Below are positions 15,996-30,742 of a DNA stretch of 64,000 nt, piece after piece. Origin of the DNA: Oopsacas minuta (Eukaryota > Animalia > Porifera); assembly GCA_024704765.1 (NCBI GenBank), contig JAKMXF010000077.1, positions 573,220-637,219 of the forward strand. The letters run 5' to 3'. Below the pieces are notes generated by a model, which was not told where the DNA came from, searched no databases, and saw only the letters and a list, made by a program, of their open reading frames with translations. The translations under genes were made by a program, and so were the position numbers. Positions within the stretch are counted from its first letter, which is position 1; each line of letters opens with the position of its first letter.

Positions 15996-18453
15996 TATTT
16001 TGCATATATTGTAGGTATTTCAGTTGTTTGTATAGTAAGAATTGTTTATACTTCATATCATTTTTTATTTGATTAGACTAAACTTATTAGTTACACCAGC
16101 AAGTTCTGCAGATAATGAAAACGAGGGTTTAGTGTAAAGGTATACAATCATTGCAAGATCAGAAACAGACTCAGCACACAAAGAGACATAAACAGGCATT
16201 TATCTACAGTGTCAATCGTGACACCAATGACGATGATTACGAGTTAGATGACCACGATGTAGATGATAACTATGATCATTGATGAAAATATCTAAATGAA
16301 TATTGATTAGTTATTACTGATATTCTCTTCCATAATATCATATCTAAACAAACATGTCAGTTGATTAAGCTGAGGCTCAATAAACTCTTTTCAACATTAG
16401 GAACCCAGTATAAAAGGTTTATTGTCCATAATTTCAACAACAAGAGTTATCAAATAGTAAAATCTCTTTAGAAATCAGTCACTTATATGCTGGCAGGAAG
16501 TAAAGTCACGAATGGTGATTATGGTTAAATGTGGTGTTTTCCAGGTGGTTTATTCAGACAAGCACTGTAACCTAGACGTATAATACGTATTTGATGTTAA
16601 ACTACGTGTATGATATAACTTAAAATAATACAATGCTCAGCATGGATTTGGCAAATGAAATATATTAACTAGTTCACAACCTAGGATACATTGACTTGAT
16701 CCATTATATACAAGTATACATGCAGAAATCATACCATAAGATCTAGCATTCGAATCAAGAATAATATATATACATTATCGAGTGTCCAAATATAAGGATA
16801 ATGACCCCTTCAGGGTCAACTTTGAACTATGTACTTCAATAGCATAGAGTAAAATAGCACATGATGAATATTTGGCTAGAGATAGATTGGTAAGGAGAAT
16901 TTACTCTGCACAACAGTCAGGGCCAGATTAGCGTATGTTGTAACCCGAGAAAAAATCCGCAACACAGCCCAAAGGAAGGCTTAGGCTTACCCCAGGGGGT
17001 AACTGTGTATGGAATCACTATTATATTCTTTGATATAATAGTAATTCTATAAAACTTTGCCTTGGATGGATAATTAGTTGCTAGTAAAAAATATTGTTTA
17101 GTGGCAAATCATCCAGGATAAAGGGGCACTCAGGACTAAAAGTTGAGAAAAATTACAAAAGTGGAGGCCACCCGTTAACTCGAAATTCGCTATCATTAAC
17201 AGGTTCCCTGGATGTGGCTGTATTTCTTTATGAAATATAAGATACATGAAATAGATCAATTCAAATGACTTCGTATACATTCCGAAAGATTCAAGTGGGT
17301 ATTGAGACTGACCAGCTCGATTCGACTTAAAGTATCAAGATCACGTGGGTGATAAAGTTGGGAACCACCATCAGTTGAATATTGTCAACTTTATACATAA
17401 ATGTAGTTTTGTTAGTTTAGACCAGGGGACGGTTCCAGGATTTTCAAACCGGGGGAAATCTAAATTTACAACAGTAAGTGGAGTCTGAGGAGCTGTAAGG
17501 CTGGGCCAGTATTATAAATATGGGATAATGCAGGTTGGTCCCCAAAGGGAGAGCCACAAAATGTGGAGATATTCCAGAAATAACTAATCTATCTAATTCT
17601 AGCGCAAGGAATTTTAGCATACCCTAAGTATATAACGACAATATAAGTGTTGTGTAAATTAGAACGACTCAGATAATTCTCGTTATTCGGAAATATTTCT
17701 TGAGGCGCTGAGAAATGCATAATTCAAATTCAAATATGTTGCTGCGATTATGAGGCGTCCAAAGGAGTCCGAACTCGCTAATGGGAAATATATATGTATA
17801 GCAAAAATAGTGTACAGTTCCGCAATTATTACATAAAAATCTTCAAATTGCATTAATCACACTCAGAAGAAAGACAATAATTAACTTATGAAAGAAATCT
17901 AAACTGTGTCCATACTTGTCATTGAAGGGCAATGGAACAAAATTTATGTTGAAAACTCCAAATTGTCAGAACAAGGCCCTGAGCAGTCTGGAACTTTAGT
18001 CACTGGCCAGGGAAGAATATATCATAGATTTCAAAAGATCAGTCAAATGTACCATTCAAGAGGTCCACTTTCCACACGAAACGATTGTGACGAAATGAAA
18101 AGTTCAGATTAGCGAGGGCCTCTTGCAATACGAAACTAGGATATGAATTTTACCCAACCCTAAATAGTATTTCAGCAGTTACACTAGTTTCAAATACATT
18201 ATTTTCCCCAATAAGCGTCGGGAGATAAAAATAGCTCCATATCTTAGAATGAAGTTTCTTTAAGCATATTATCGTAATTGAGGAAATCAATGTTGAAAGC
18301 GATCCGAATATCAGGATTCAATAATAGCAGCCTAAAAGAATATTGACAATATTCGAATTCTGTGGATAAAATATTGAACTATTCGGTTGTTAACTTGGTT
18401 TAAATATTTCATAATTAAAGAATTACAAAATTGTCACTAAATGTATATATGCA

Positions 18454-19797
18454 CAGGGTGTAACAAAAGTATTGTCATTTCATATAATGGATCAAACGTA
18501 AGCAAAATACAACAATTATTACATTATTACTTCCCAATATAGCCTCCTTGTCTTTCTAATACGAGTGCTACTTGCCTGGGCATACTAGAGACCCTAATTT
18601 ACAAAACATCTCCTGAAATACTACTCCATGCCTTTTCCAAATTTTTGATGAGGTTACTCACGGTGCTTGCTTGCTCAAACTCTTCCACCTTGTCATTCAG
18701 TATTGACCATAGGTTTTCAATGGGATTGAGGTCAGGTGAGTTCCCAGGCCACTTCGTTTTCTGCCAAAACGCTGGAAGATTCTATTTGCACCATTCTTGC
18801 GTTAGTTTGGCTGTGTGAACGGGAGCCCCGTCTTGCATAAAAATATCTCGGACATCTTTGAAGTCATGGCCCGCTGTAAAACCGATCCATTTTTGCTCTT
18901 CTATTGATCGCATCTTTGCAAGATCCAGCCAAAATCTTCGTACGATAGTACTCTCCATTAATAGTTTTCCCCTGAGGTATAACATGCAGCTCAGATAGGG
19001 CTTGGTGAGACATCAATGCCCCAAACGTGAACTTTCGCCGGAAATTTTATCTTTGTGCAGGGTTTGATTGAACCAGAATCCTTGCTCCAAACTTGGTCAT
19101 TCTGTCTGTTTGGGGTTGGAAACAATTCGAATGGAGATCCACCTGACCACAGAACTCTATTCCAATCTTCTATAGTCTATCCTCGTGTTTCTGGTCAAAT
19201 TCGATCCGGTTTTTTCTTCATTTTCAAGGTCAATCGAGGCCTTTTCGGCCTTTTAAATGGCGTAGTACCTAGAGACTTTCTTAAATACCGATGTACAGAG
19301 GTGTGAGAGACATCACAACCTCTTCTGGTTAATCTCAGAGCTAGCTTTCGTGTAGATTGCCTTCTCTTCCCCAAAGACTTTGCGATGACAATTTTCGCAA
19401 CTCTATCAATTTTCGGCGGACGTCGAGACTTAGGCTTTGATTCCATTGAAAATCCCAATTTATCGCCAAGCCCCCATCTCTGAACTGATCGAATATTGAC
19501 ATTCCACACTTGAGCAACCTTTTTAGGCATTTCTCCTGCTTTAATCATCCTCAATGCCTGAGATCTTAAAGATAATCCGTAATCCTGGACATTCATATCA
19601 CAACAATTAAGTAGAAGTTTCCAAAATCACGAAAATAATTCCAAAAATATATTTATGTAAGATTTGACTCCACACGAGTTTAACTAAGTAGTATAAACAC
19701 ATATTTACTGAGAGAAATCAATTGCGAGGGCTGTATACGAATGTGGAATTTGAATTTAATGTATAGTAAATGACGACAATACTTTTGTTATACCCTA
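18454..19797 (-). mobile_element. Tc1/mariner element, DD37E (TRT-like), defective
   Basis: TIRs CAGGGTGTAACAAAAGTATTGTC (18454) and GACAATACTTTTGTTATACCCTA (ends 19797). TA is present on the right (19798-99) and mutated to CA on the left. Length ~1.34 kb. Confidence 0.85.
18527..19596 (-). pseudogene. Tc1-like transposase, DD37E spacing
   Basis: HTH N-terminus (ORF 19195-19596), then in shifted frames WNRVLWS, NRQND, KVHVWG and MQDGAPVH...WPGNSPDLNPIENLW. There are 37 residues between the second D and E, counting one in-frame TAG. The protein ends GGYIGK*. Confidence 0.85.
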
Positions 19798-22700
19798 TAT
19801 ACTAACACAAGAATATATATATATATGTTTCTAATGTATACAGATAAATGTTGCGTAATATATTTGAATTCATATGTGAATATTTGTATGCGACAATTAA
19901 AAAAATGATTTAAGAATATATTGATTCCGAAATCAAAACTAGAAAATTCCAATTTAATGGAAATGTATTCAAGAACATGGTTTTAAAACAAGCTCATGGC
20001 AGGATATTGGAGGGTTCTTATATATAAATTTGGCGAGGATAACGTATAGAATGGAAAAATTCTTGAACGAAGATACTCGCGATATGGTTATTTTCGGAAT
20101 AAATTTAGGTTTGAAATTTTACTTGTCGAAGTTGGAAACATGCTTGATATTGTGTACCACCTAATATCGTAAGAAGAGGACCGCATCTACTCCTCACAAT
20201 TCACTTTATGCAAAGTTACAATTCTTAATACATCTCAGTCTGCAGTAGTATATTCAAATCAGTGTGCCGACACTTTGTTATGAGCCAGAAATTCTATTTT
20301 TCAGATTGGAAAAAGAAAGTAGTATGGAATGCTAGTTATCCTTGCAAGAAATAACGAATTAAGATACAAAATACATATAGATGGGATTAGTGGATACATT
20401 CGAGTCAAGCGCATAAGATTACATATATGATGATCTAAATAATGGTCCGAATGTAAACGCTATCATAGATGCCAATCTGTAAGTGGGGATCTCAACTAAA
20501 AAGGCGAGAGATTTGAAATTTCTGGAACTAATATTACAGTGGAGGAGATAAATATGGGAAGAGATGCATTGCAGATCCAGGAATATTGGTGGGGATAATC
20601 ATCCGCCTGAGAGTTGGGCGCTGGAAGCTCCAAGCGGTGTACAAGGCAAAGCCCATGGATAACAAGCCTATTAGTCACAACATTCGTCGCCTTTCTAGTG
20701 TCAGGTAACTTCGAATATCGAAATTAATTCTCTCAACTGCGTAATATACACTTGGCATGGAAGGATTTAGATTGACTATGTAAGTACATTCTCTCATTGT
20801 GTATATCAATATGTTCCATATATATGCACGAGGATATATTCAAATATATTAACTACGTATAACTTTTGATTTATTATGTGAATGTATATTGGTAGGGGGA
20901 TATATCTCCATTATCACCCCTGGATCCGAGAATGGTGAGATATTCGATATAGAGAAAGGAAAATATTGCCTCTAGGTAACCCCGAAGAGGTGGCATCTCT
21001 GTCCTATTCCCAAGATCTATGCATTCTGAAAACGTCTTATGAAAATGGAGATCTAAATGCACTTAAAGGCAAAAAGAATGAATTCAATTGATACTGTTTA
21101 TGATGAATAATGAATTCGATAGAATACATTTTCAACTATCAATGTTATCACAGTTTTGATTCATACAAAAACGCAAATTGAAATTCCAAGTAAGTATATC
21201 GTTTAATAAGAATAAAGTGCTTAGACAGAAAATTATTAATATATATGCAGGGGTAGAGTAGCATTCAAAATCTCCATTCATTTCACATAGGAAACATCCA
21301 AATTGTGGGATACAACAGAGTGCAGCCTAAATAATGGTGACGAATAGAAATATATCAATACCTTAAAAATTACTAACCAAAACCTAGAATGATCAGAAAG
21401 AATTGGTGGTTTTCGCCACCTTGAAATAGTGTAAATACATTATACAAACCTTGAGAAGATAAATGCAACAAGAACCAGCACAACACATAAAAACAGTAAT
21501 AGGATTATCAAGAATCCTGAAACCATACCATAGATAACATTTGTATCCAAATTATGAGAGGTCTTTTCGATAGGTATATCTAAATAGAGATAAAGACAAA
21601 ATCAAAGGATACAGATTGAAAATAGCCAAAATCACTCCGAATTATGAAACATGTCAGCTGTCGAAGAGAGTATCTACTCAAGAAATATTATCACTGAAAA
21701 TATTTCATGAAAATCGAGAGAATGAACATCATGATATTGTATTTCAAATCGACACTCATTATTCGAAATTTTCCACAGGAGATACAACGTAAAATGTAGA
21801 TACTATACATACTAGCGCTCTCCACTTGCGAGGTCGCTGCGTGACTGACCTCGGCATTTGGTGATAAGGATTTCGCTCTAGTATTCAATAGCAATATATA
21901 TCAAAGTTATTTTGCTAGAACAGTATGGGATGTACTCGGGTCTATGTGCCGCGAATAGAAAATAGATGAAATTCTTTTGAATTAATTATCCATGGTTGAT
22001 TCCAATTGCGTCACATATGAGTTGCAAGTAGCATTTGGTTATTAATCTCCATACACAAAGCCTTAAGGGATCTAGTAATTCTCAAAATTTTCGAAATACG
22101 GAGAATTTTCAATTTTTGGTCGAAAAGCCAAAATTATTCAACGATTAGTTTCAGGCATGCCAGTCCTCTGACTATCACGTTAATTCCCTCAAATCTCTCG
22201 CTATTTCAAATGCTATATAATTAAGAATTTATAGATGAAATTTGGATACTTTAGGATTCTTAGTGTGCATTGGATAATCTAAGTTTTCACAATTAAGAAA
22301 TAATAAACAAGGGGCCTCAAAAAGTTTGTTGTTTGAGATGAATGGATTATATCATGTTACCCAATGTTCTTAAGTTGGTTATGTTTGGAAAATCATTCAA
22401 TTATCTCTGACGCTTTTCGGGATAATCAATGTGTATATCCATGGCTTTGGTGATCATAAAATCAGACACTGTTCTAAATTAAAGTAATAATAAAGTCACC
22501 ATCCAATTTCGTTACAAGCCACTAATACGTTTTTGAGAACCACTAAACTTAACAGGAACATTCTTTGAATGTAATCACAAATAAGAACAATAATGGGATT
22601 GCAAACTAAATTTAGCCATTGCACAAACATTTTTAAGGATGCCGCTGGGGATTAAGAAGGATTTGTTGATTCACTAATAGTATTGTATGGATAGCCCTTG

Positions 22701-25700
22701 AAGAAGTTACCATGGATCTTAGTGCAATATTAAATTCCCCGATAGAGTGTTAAGCAAAATTCGCATCTGGGACATTCAACAACAAATTTATCCAAGAATT
22801 TAGTTTCTGAAGGCCTTATCCCAGAATGATCTTCAAATATCCATTGGCATATTCATAAAATCTCTGATAAAATTAGAATTAATTCGTCATATATTTGTCA
22901 AAGATCGCTCAATGACTGTTTCTGAGGTACTAGCATAGCAAAAGACAGAAATACGGCATTTTAGTAATAATTTAAAGTTACCATATGAAGTTCATCCAAC
23001 GAAAATCAATGCTGTATATATCCTAGAATATATCTCAGGAAAGCAGTGTTGCTCAATATCTTCCTGGAAATTATGGGTTACTTCGAACATTCTTACTTGA
23101 AAATGAGAGAGAGTCACAATATATTAGTATCCCCTAATTTGGAATCCAGATTGTGGAAGTTTATACAAACATAACGAAAAGAATACGGAATAGTGGGGTT
23201 TACTCTGCATGGTAAAACTCATCCATTACTGGATTCAATTTTAGAGTTTTGTCAAAAGTTCAAATTCAAGGATAAATTCTCAAACTATAGAATATCTTGA
23301 CAAAACCCTTACGAGCTTTTGCAATTTTCACGATTCAGAAACATTCAGGTGGGTAAAACCTTTCACAAACAAGTGGTTGAGCTTGGCAAATTCATAGAAT
23401 CATAGACACAACCTTGGAAAATAAAATAGGTTGATATTTATGAGATATTAATGAATTAAAATATGTATATAATGTAATATGGAATAATCTGATGTAAGGA
23501 AAAAATAATAGATAAGTGATCTCAGAAGTATACGAATGACAAAGCTTTTCTAGTGCCCTCGTATAAATAAAATTGACTACCAAATATGATAGACTCGAAA
23601 TAATCCATGGTACAAGAATATATGGTTAGTGACCAGGCTATAGTTACGTAGGCTGTGACCATGATTAATTGTAACTAGATTTATAAATTAGAGAAATTCT
23701 GATCATCTTAATCCATGCAAAAGCTTGGCCATATACCGTGATGTACATCATAACGCTATATCAATCACATAAAGTGAATATATATTAGAAAATACATACA
23801 CAGAATGTAGATTCAAGAAAACGTGGAAGTGACAAAACAATGATAAGGTAGGAGCGAAAAGTCGCAAAACCGCATGAAAAAGACATTAAGTGGATGGATA
23901 TGTATAAATGTAAACTGAACTCGCTTAGTGGCACCGAACAATGGGTAATTCAATTGGGCAGAAGTTTTTGGAATCAAGTTTTGCCATATTCATGAGATGT
24001 TCCTGCGTCGCTAGAAAGGAAATCCTAAATTTTGCAAGTGGTCACCTCAATGAAGGGAAATTTGAAGTGTTGACAAACATCTCATAAAGTTTGGTTGAAT
24101 ATACAGCATTGAAGGTTTATGCAAATGCAAATGTTGAAAAATGGGTCCGAAGTGGAATCTAAAGAGGATGCAAACTAAAATCGCTATAAAGCCAAAATCG
24201 CGTCACTTTAAATCTAGAGATTCATAAGCTCGGCTAATAAAATCTATGAGAAAATTATCAGGATTCCAAATCCAACCACAAGACAAAATAATTTGGCATC
24301 GAGACTGTTTCATTAAGAGGTGGCATTGCCGATCCAATTAAAGCTAGGAGAAGGAGCAGTAGTACCCTCCAAATGATGAGCGTGTAAGACACCAAGCTCA
24401 GTGGCGTAGACAGTACCTTCCCGAGTGGACAGCTTGCCCACCCGCAGCAAAGAAAATGAGCAAATTGAACAATTGAGGAAGTAGAAGAATGAAAAGACAC
24501 TACTCGAAAATTGGGATATTATAGGTACTTCGTTAACAGCAGTTTGATTTTATTTATAGTGAGTATTAGTCATTGGGCTTCTTTTTTCAAATTTATCGCT
24601 CGAAGAATTATTGTCTTTGAGATATATTTTTTCAATACTTAGAGCTGAGTGGTCTGGAATTTTTTGTACAGCGCTTGTTTTGCACTTAGGCCAATTGTAT
24701 ACTTTGTATTACAGAAATGTCTCAGTGACCAAAATTTACATTATAGTCTTTATCGCTAGCTACATCATGTCAAGCAAAGTAAATTAGAATGTGGCTATCG
24801 TGGTGTAACAATGAGGAGAGATAATTTGGATAGACATAACAAGAAAAAACATATAGAGTTACCAGTTAGAGAGTAAGTTCGCAAGGGCTCTACAGCTATT
24901 GTATCTACATTTCCTACTACTAATAGGCCAAGGGTGGAAGAGACTGACAACATTGACAGCTAGATAAGGTTGCTCCAAATGACAATGGCAGTGAAAGTGA
25001 AAGAATTGGCTTAGAAGATCCAATCCCGAGATTTTCCTATACCAAAATCCCATCTATGTCGCCTGTGCTTATGGGGATACTCCTTTAGTTCCAAAGAAGA
25101 CTATCTTCAAGTATATTTAAAAGGTACCATAGATGGGAATAAGAGATGGTTTAGAAAATGGAATTGGAACAGCTGACAATAGTGAAGGAGTGGGTGGTGA
25201 ACCATCAATTTCCAATCCCCATCATCCTGTTACATCTTCTGCAATTAACAAGTCTACTCCCTTTTTTGATAAAACACATCCATTCCAACTGATCCTGCTA
25301 ATTTTATCAACGAATCAATGACACCACAATTGTGTGAGAACTCCTGGATGGAGGACTTTGTCAGCTAAGCTTAAATGAAGCATATGACTTTAAGAAAAAC
25401 GAAAATGGGCGCCGATTCTCACGACAGTGGTATAAGCCTAAACTTAAAAATGGAATGCAATCTTACCGAGATTGGTTGGTATATTTACCCATTAATGACA
25501 GAGCATATTGCTCACTTGTTGGCTATTTTCGAATAAAAGCCTTCCAGACTATGAATCAAACTTCGGTGAACCAAAATTCTGTTGTAATAGATCGAGAGAT
25601 GCAACTAAAACTTCGCACATCATGAAGCATGTAGAGTGCAATTTTGAAAGATCAATAGATTCAAAAAGTTATATTCATCTATTCTAATAGTATAGTAAAA

Positions 25701-26949
25701 ATGCATCATGTAGCTTTTAATTTATGTGTTGCTGTTTTCTTCACCGTAAAGCCCTGCAGCCAAAGCTCGATAGAATTAAGGTGATATATGGTGTGAGAAA
25801 AATGGAAGATATTCGTCGGGTGTGATTCTCCCCTTTGCTAATCAATCAGTCACCAAGTGTCACTATTTCATTGTTGCTGTAATTGTTGTATGAAAATAGG
25901 CTGAATTAAGATCTAGGGAGAGTCGTATATGATATGATGCGGCAATGCTTTGGTTAGGACCCAAGGATGTTTTGCTTTCTTTAGCTCTCAAAACCCATTC
26001 TGAAAAATTTGCAAACTTTGCCCACCCGGGATTGTGAGGCTGGCTACGCCCCTGTCTGACCTAGAGGGATTCCTGGATAAGAAAACAAGGTTAACCCTGA
26101 GAACCGATCGGAACGAAACAGGATTAATCCCAAAGAAAGAGACGAAGGAAGGAAGAATATGGTAGACAGTGTCACGTCAACATCTTTACTGATGCAACTG
26201 AGAAATAACAACCTTGCTGAAAGACCATTGATGAAGAAGGAACACATGAAATGGTGAGACTGAAGATATAATAGTTTAAAGGGACAACTCTACACTCCTT
26301 ACTAAAGCTGATCTACATTCATAATCCAATAACCCTACCAAGAGGAAGAGTTCCAATTATGAGACTGATACAATAAAAGGGAGTCTACTATAGCATTACA
26401 GGTATATAGTCGCTATTCTATATAGAGAAACTATCTTTGATATATAATGAACAAGATATATCCCAATATAATAATGGAGGCTCATTTATATATCGAGAAT
26501 TATCAGAACTTAAAGAATTTAACGATTTATGTGCGTTATGATATCAGATCCGATTGAACATATGTTTTAGTTAGTGATAGTATAGATAGCATAACTAAAA
26601 GAAAACTATTTCATAATATATATGGGCCAAAAGTGGGTGATTCTGAACTCTTATGATTTTCCGTGAATCAACAAATTTATAACTCAATTGAGTCCAGAAT
26701 CCTACCCCGATAAAGACAAACAAAGAAATAGTGAGAATACATCTCAACACATCAATGATCACGAGTTGATAACTCTAAGAGTGGCCAGGTTGGAGGTAGC
26801 AGAGAGGGTGGAGAAAACATGATATATACTAAGTGTCATATCACCCTTTAATAAAGTCTATTTATCATTCTATTGATGAATTTATAAATTACAATTTAAG
26901 CGATAATTTGAATATATAAGAATTAGTCTATAGAAGCACTCACATAACT

Positions 26950-27200
26950 TAATTGAAGGAGAACTATCATATCGAATCTATAAAGAAGAAAGGAAGAGTA
27001 AACAAAATATCTTGAGCAAAATATGAGAAGTTCTATTACTGAAAAGGAAAATATATAAAGTAATTGATGCCAGCAACAAAAGGAGTTATGAGATGACTGG
27101 TATATTTAAGTGAGAAAACTAAATAGACTTCAATGCTAGGCTTGGTCAACAAAATGTATTAGATGAATCTTACTCAATGAAAATGAGCTGCATCTACCTC
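26950..27200 (+). pseudogene. Fossil LINE apurinic-type endonuclease fragment (RTE-like)
   Basis: EKFY (27025-36) followed by DFNARLG (27126-46), resembling the ExFY...GDFNARxG motif pair of LINE endonucleases. The surrounding frames are full of stops and no RT was found downstream. Confidence 0.35.
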
Positions 27201-27583
27201 ACACGAAAGGGTGTATCAAAATCAAGTAAATATTTGAATCTCACACATATTCTTAAGACCAGCTGTTATAAATCTCGCGAATAGTGGAAACAGAATATCA
27301 ATGCGGGAGCATTATATGTAAGTTTGACTAGTTGGCCATCAGGAATGGATCTTTAGCCAAACTTACATCTATTATGTTTCCGCATTATCTGTCGGGAAGG
27401 TTGAGGCGGAATTGTCAAATCTTTGCAGGGATTTACTAGTGTACAAAAATACATGATAAACAAACGTAAAGTGTTGATTCAAGAAGTTGTGAATTATTGT
27501 TAGAGGAAATTGGCAACAATTCTGATGTTAGAAATAGGGTGAAATTTAAAAGAATGCCCAGACTTAAACTATTTTTGCACATA

Positions 27584-27769
27584 CAGTAGAACTCGGATAA
27601 GACGTACCCCCTCGGGAAACAGAAATTAGTACGTCTTAACCGAGTGTACGTCTTATCCGAATATGTTTGCATTACAAATAATGATGACTGATATTTTGGG
27701 ATATAAGAAATAGTATGTCTTAACCGAGTGTACGTCTTAAGCCGAGTACGTCTTATCCGAGTTCTACTG
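27584..27769. mobile_element. pogo/Tigger-like MITE, 186 bp
   Basis: Perfect TIRs CAGTAGAACTCGGATAAGACGTAC / GTACGTCTTATCCGAGTTCTACTG with TA on both sides. Internal repeats of GTACGTCTTAACCGAG. Confidence 0.9.
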
Positions 27770-29114
27770 TACAACTAAGAAGTAAAGGGGAAGGGGAAAT
27801 TATAACCTAAAATCATAAATCTAAGTTTGTGATATTCATTCATTCGGATTTTCCTATAAAAAGGAAGAATAATTTCCTTGATAGTTTGCGGAAAAAGTAC
27901 ACGATCCCGGACAAATTACCAAATCCAGAGAAAACCAAGCGAAGTGATTCCAAGCGGAAGCCTAAGTTTGACCTATTGTGAATAATTCCCACATTCACAA
28001 TTTTCATAGTCATACCACATATGGCAGAAGTGGTACATATCAAAATAATTTGAGCCACTTTATATTTGCTCTAAATAATATCAGATATTTGTATTGGGTA
28101 ATACAGACCAGTATATTTCAAATATGCTATCAGAAATGCTCCATCTGATTTGAGTTCTGTAAAATTAGAGATACATAATTCAGTACTTACTTGATGAGCA
28201 ATGTACGGATAGAAATATATAATTTGGAAAAGAATAATAGATCTACACTGAACATTGTCATCAAACATGGGTAGAGTTGCGGATTTGATTGATTGGATTT
28301 GATATAATAAATGTTTGACTCAAATCCTATATAAATTTAGTTGGGTTATGTTAGCATTAACGCCAATAATTATTTGTACAATACAGTAGCATATACTATT
28401 ATATCTGAGTTGTTAAATATGTCTTTTACTGAAATATACGTACTAACAAAAGTAGGCACTATCCGAATATTTCCCTAGTAATTAGTAAAACAGAAACACG
28501 ATTGGGAGAAAGGTGCGTATTAACCAAGAGTACTTCTAGAGCAGTCTAAGAAATAATATAGTTCGACTGTATGTATTTGGTAAGTATTTGATAATTGCGA
28601 AGGTAGTATAGATAAGACCAGGCATCACGTTTCCCTATCTGGTCGAATAATTGAAATATAAATCCAAAATAGATGTATAATATTAATTGATCTAGTTAAC
28701 TATACAAAATGGATCGATTGATCAAAATTGAGTAACATAATATAGCTGACAATGCAGAGCCCTGTGCTGTGTTCAGGCAAGAGTCTAGCATTAATTATTT
28801 GGGGGACGTTAGCGACTAGATGTTTTTTTCAGACCAAAAACAAATTCTTACCATAAATTTGAATGCTTTCTGATTAATTGGCAAAATACAGTAACTCAGC
28901 ATATATGAGTAAAACGGTAATTAATGATTGTTAAATTAATCACTCGTGTAGATAAATATTCGAATGTCAAAATTACAATTTTGACAATTTCGAATCTTTT
29001 GGACACACAAATACTCTCATTTGGGAGAGCTAAGCCACTTCTGGACTAGTACCTGGTTCTGTTGGTAAAAGGAAAATGGTATAAGAGAATCATCATTATC
29101 TCTAAACTGCCTAG

Positions 29115-29159
<45 letters not shown>
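29115..29159. repeat. (ATA)15 microsatellite
   Basis: Perfect trinucleotide run of 45 bp. Confidence 0.95.
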
Positions 29160-29161
<2 letters not shown>

Positions 29162-30742
29162 CGTAGATCATATTTCCAAATCAGATTCTAAGGAAAGCAA
29201 TTGGCAAATCTTTGCAAAGTTCACAGAGATCCTTTGAACTTACTGAATACATCAATTCAGTAAGTTCATATGAGCAACTAGAGGACTTTTGTATAGCCAT
29301 ATGCACACAATGGATTGTGAGTATGCACAATAACAAGCTCCACCAAAAGAAAACAACGATGGTATAGAAGACTGGACATAAGGTGATCCCAATTAGAAAC
29401 AAATCTCAAGAAGTATGGAATGCTCCAAAAGCAGAAAATAATCAAATAGTATTTTGAGCTACAATTCGTTGTATGAAGAAAAACGAGTTTATCGGAACAT
29501 GTATTGGGGATAAGACATGCTAAGACCAAGCCAAGGGTTCCAGAAGTTGACCCCTAAATTTACAATTTGTGTGATATAAATATATAAGTTATGAAGATCA
29601 AAACATAGCATGAAATACAGCCTCTTGTACGACTTAGCCTTTTGATCTCGGTGTTTTACGGATTCTAAAGAGTCAGATTCAATAATTGACCAAAGAGCGT
29701 ACATCAAGTATCATACCAAACTCGGGATCCTTCCTAAAGTGACCCTTGAAACGCTGGTTATTGTATATCCTGAGAGTTGTCCTAAATATTTGAGGATATG
29801 TGGCAGTAGAGAAGGAAGCAGGACATGAAGGCAACCGACCCAGGAATTTCAGTTCGGACGTCGATGATACTGCATGATTCAAACAATTATGGAGGATGAC
29901 GACACTGTATCATGTGGAGATTGCTAATGAATCTCGTATATCAACGGGAAGCTTTAATAGGAATAATTATGAGAATTATTAGTAAATGCGAACGATTTAG
30001 CACGATTTCGGAGATTGGCCTGGGTGATGAAGTCCAAAAGCACATTGGAAAAACACGGCCACGCACACTCTAGGCGTCTTTACGAAATCTTTACGAGGGT
30101 AAGACTTGGATAAACTAAACACAACCCGGGCGAATGACAGCTACATATGGTAGAGTAGGAAAAACAAAGATGAATAAAGAAAACTCCCTGCAAAAAAGCA
30201 AGGGGCGATAAGTATGGATGAAAGATTTTGCACTCTATCTCCTTCGATGACAACGGATCAGTAGCCCAGAATTGCGACCTAAAGGGTAAAGAGTACTGGA
30301 GATACTGATGTCAATAACTGCTTTCCATCAGTAGGGCAACACTAAAAGGAGAGGCGTCCGGATACGAATAATATATGGACTATGCTTCATACACGATACT
30401 GCCAAACCGCACAAATCTCGGCTAGTGAAGGTTAGAGTCTTTGGGAGTTGTGAAACTTTCACATACAGTATACAGTCCAGTTCTATGACGGGTAACTGAA
30501 AAAAATTATGACAAAAAAAATGAGGTCGTTGAGATTTTTTCACTTTCTTACACAGAATTTTATGAGGAATCCGAATATACAGGGTGACAATCAAGTTCTG
30601 TCACATTGATTGTACAGTCGCTAATTACTATGTTTACAGTGCAACCCTAATCACTAGTCTTTTTTCGTTAACTTTACTTGAGTATAGTCGAGTTACAATA
30701 GCATTTGATACTGTTTAGCATCCAGTACATTTTTCTAACATC

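Noticed and set aside
16915-17560. Isolated hAT-MITE-like starts (CAGGGCCAGATTA ~16917; CAGGGGACGGTTCCAGG ~17423)
   Set aside because: No matching opposite ends were found.
20500-20700. Minus-strand CLVHRLEL resembling the hAT CxxH motif
   Set aside because: It is an isolated motif with no supporting D or E motifs and no termini.
24399-26054. hAT-like ends CAGTGGCGTAGACAG ... CTGGCTACGCCCCTG suggesting a 1.65-kb element
   Set aside because: The flanking 8-mers (ACCAAGCT vs TCTGACCT) do not form a TSD, so the two ends may belong to different copies.
30030-30090. HIGKTRPRTL resembling a GIY-YIG YIGxT motif
   Set aside because: There is no upstream CxxC or RT motif in frame, and it is too short to support.
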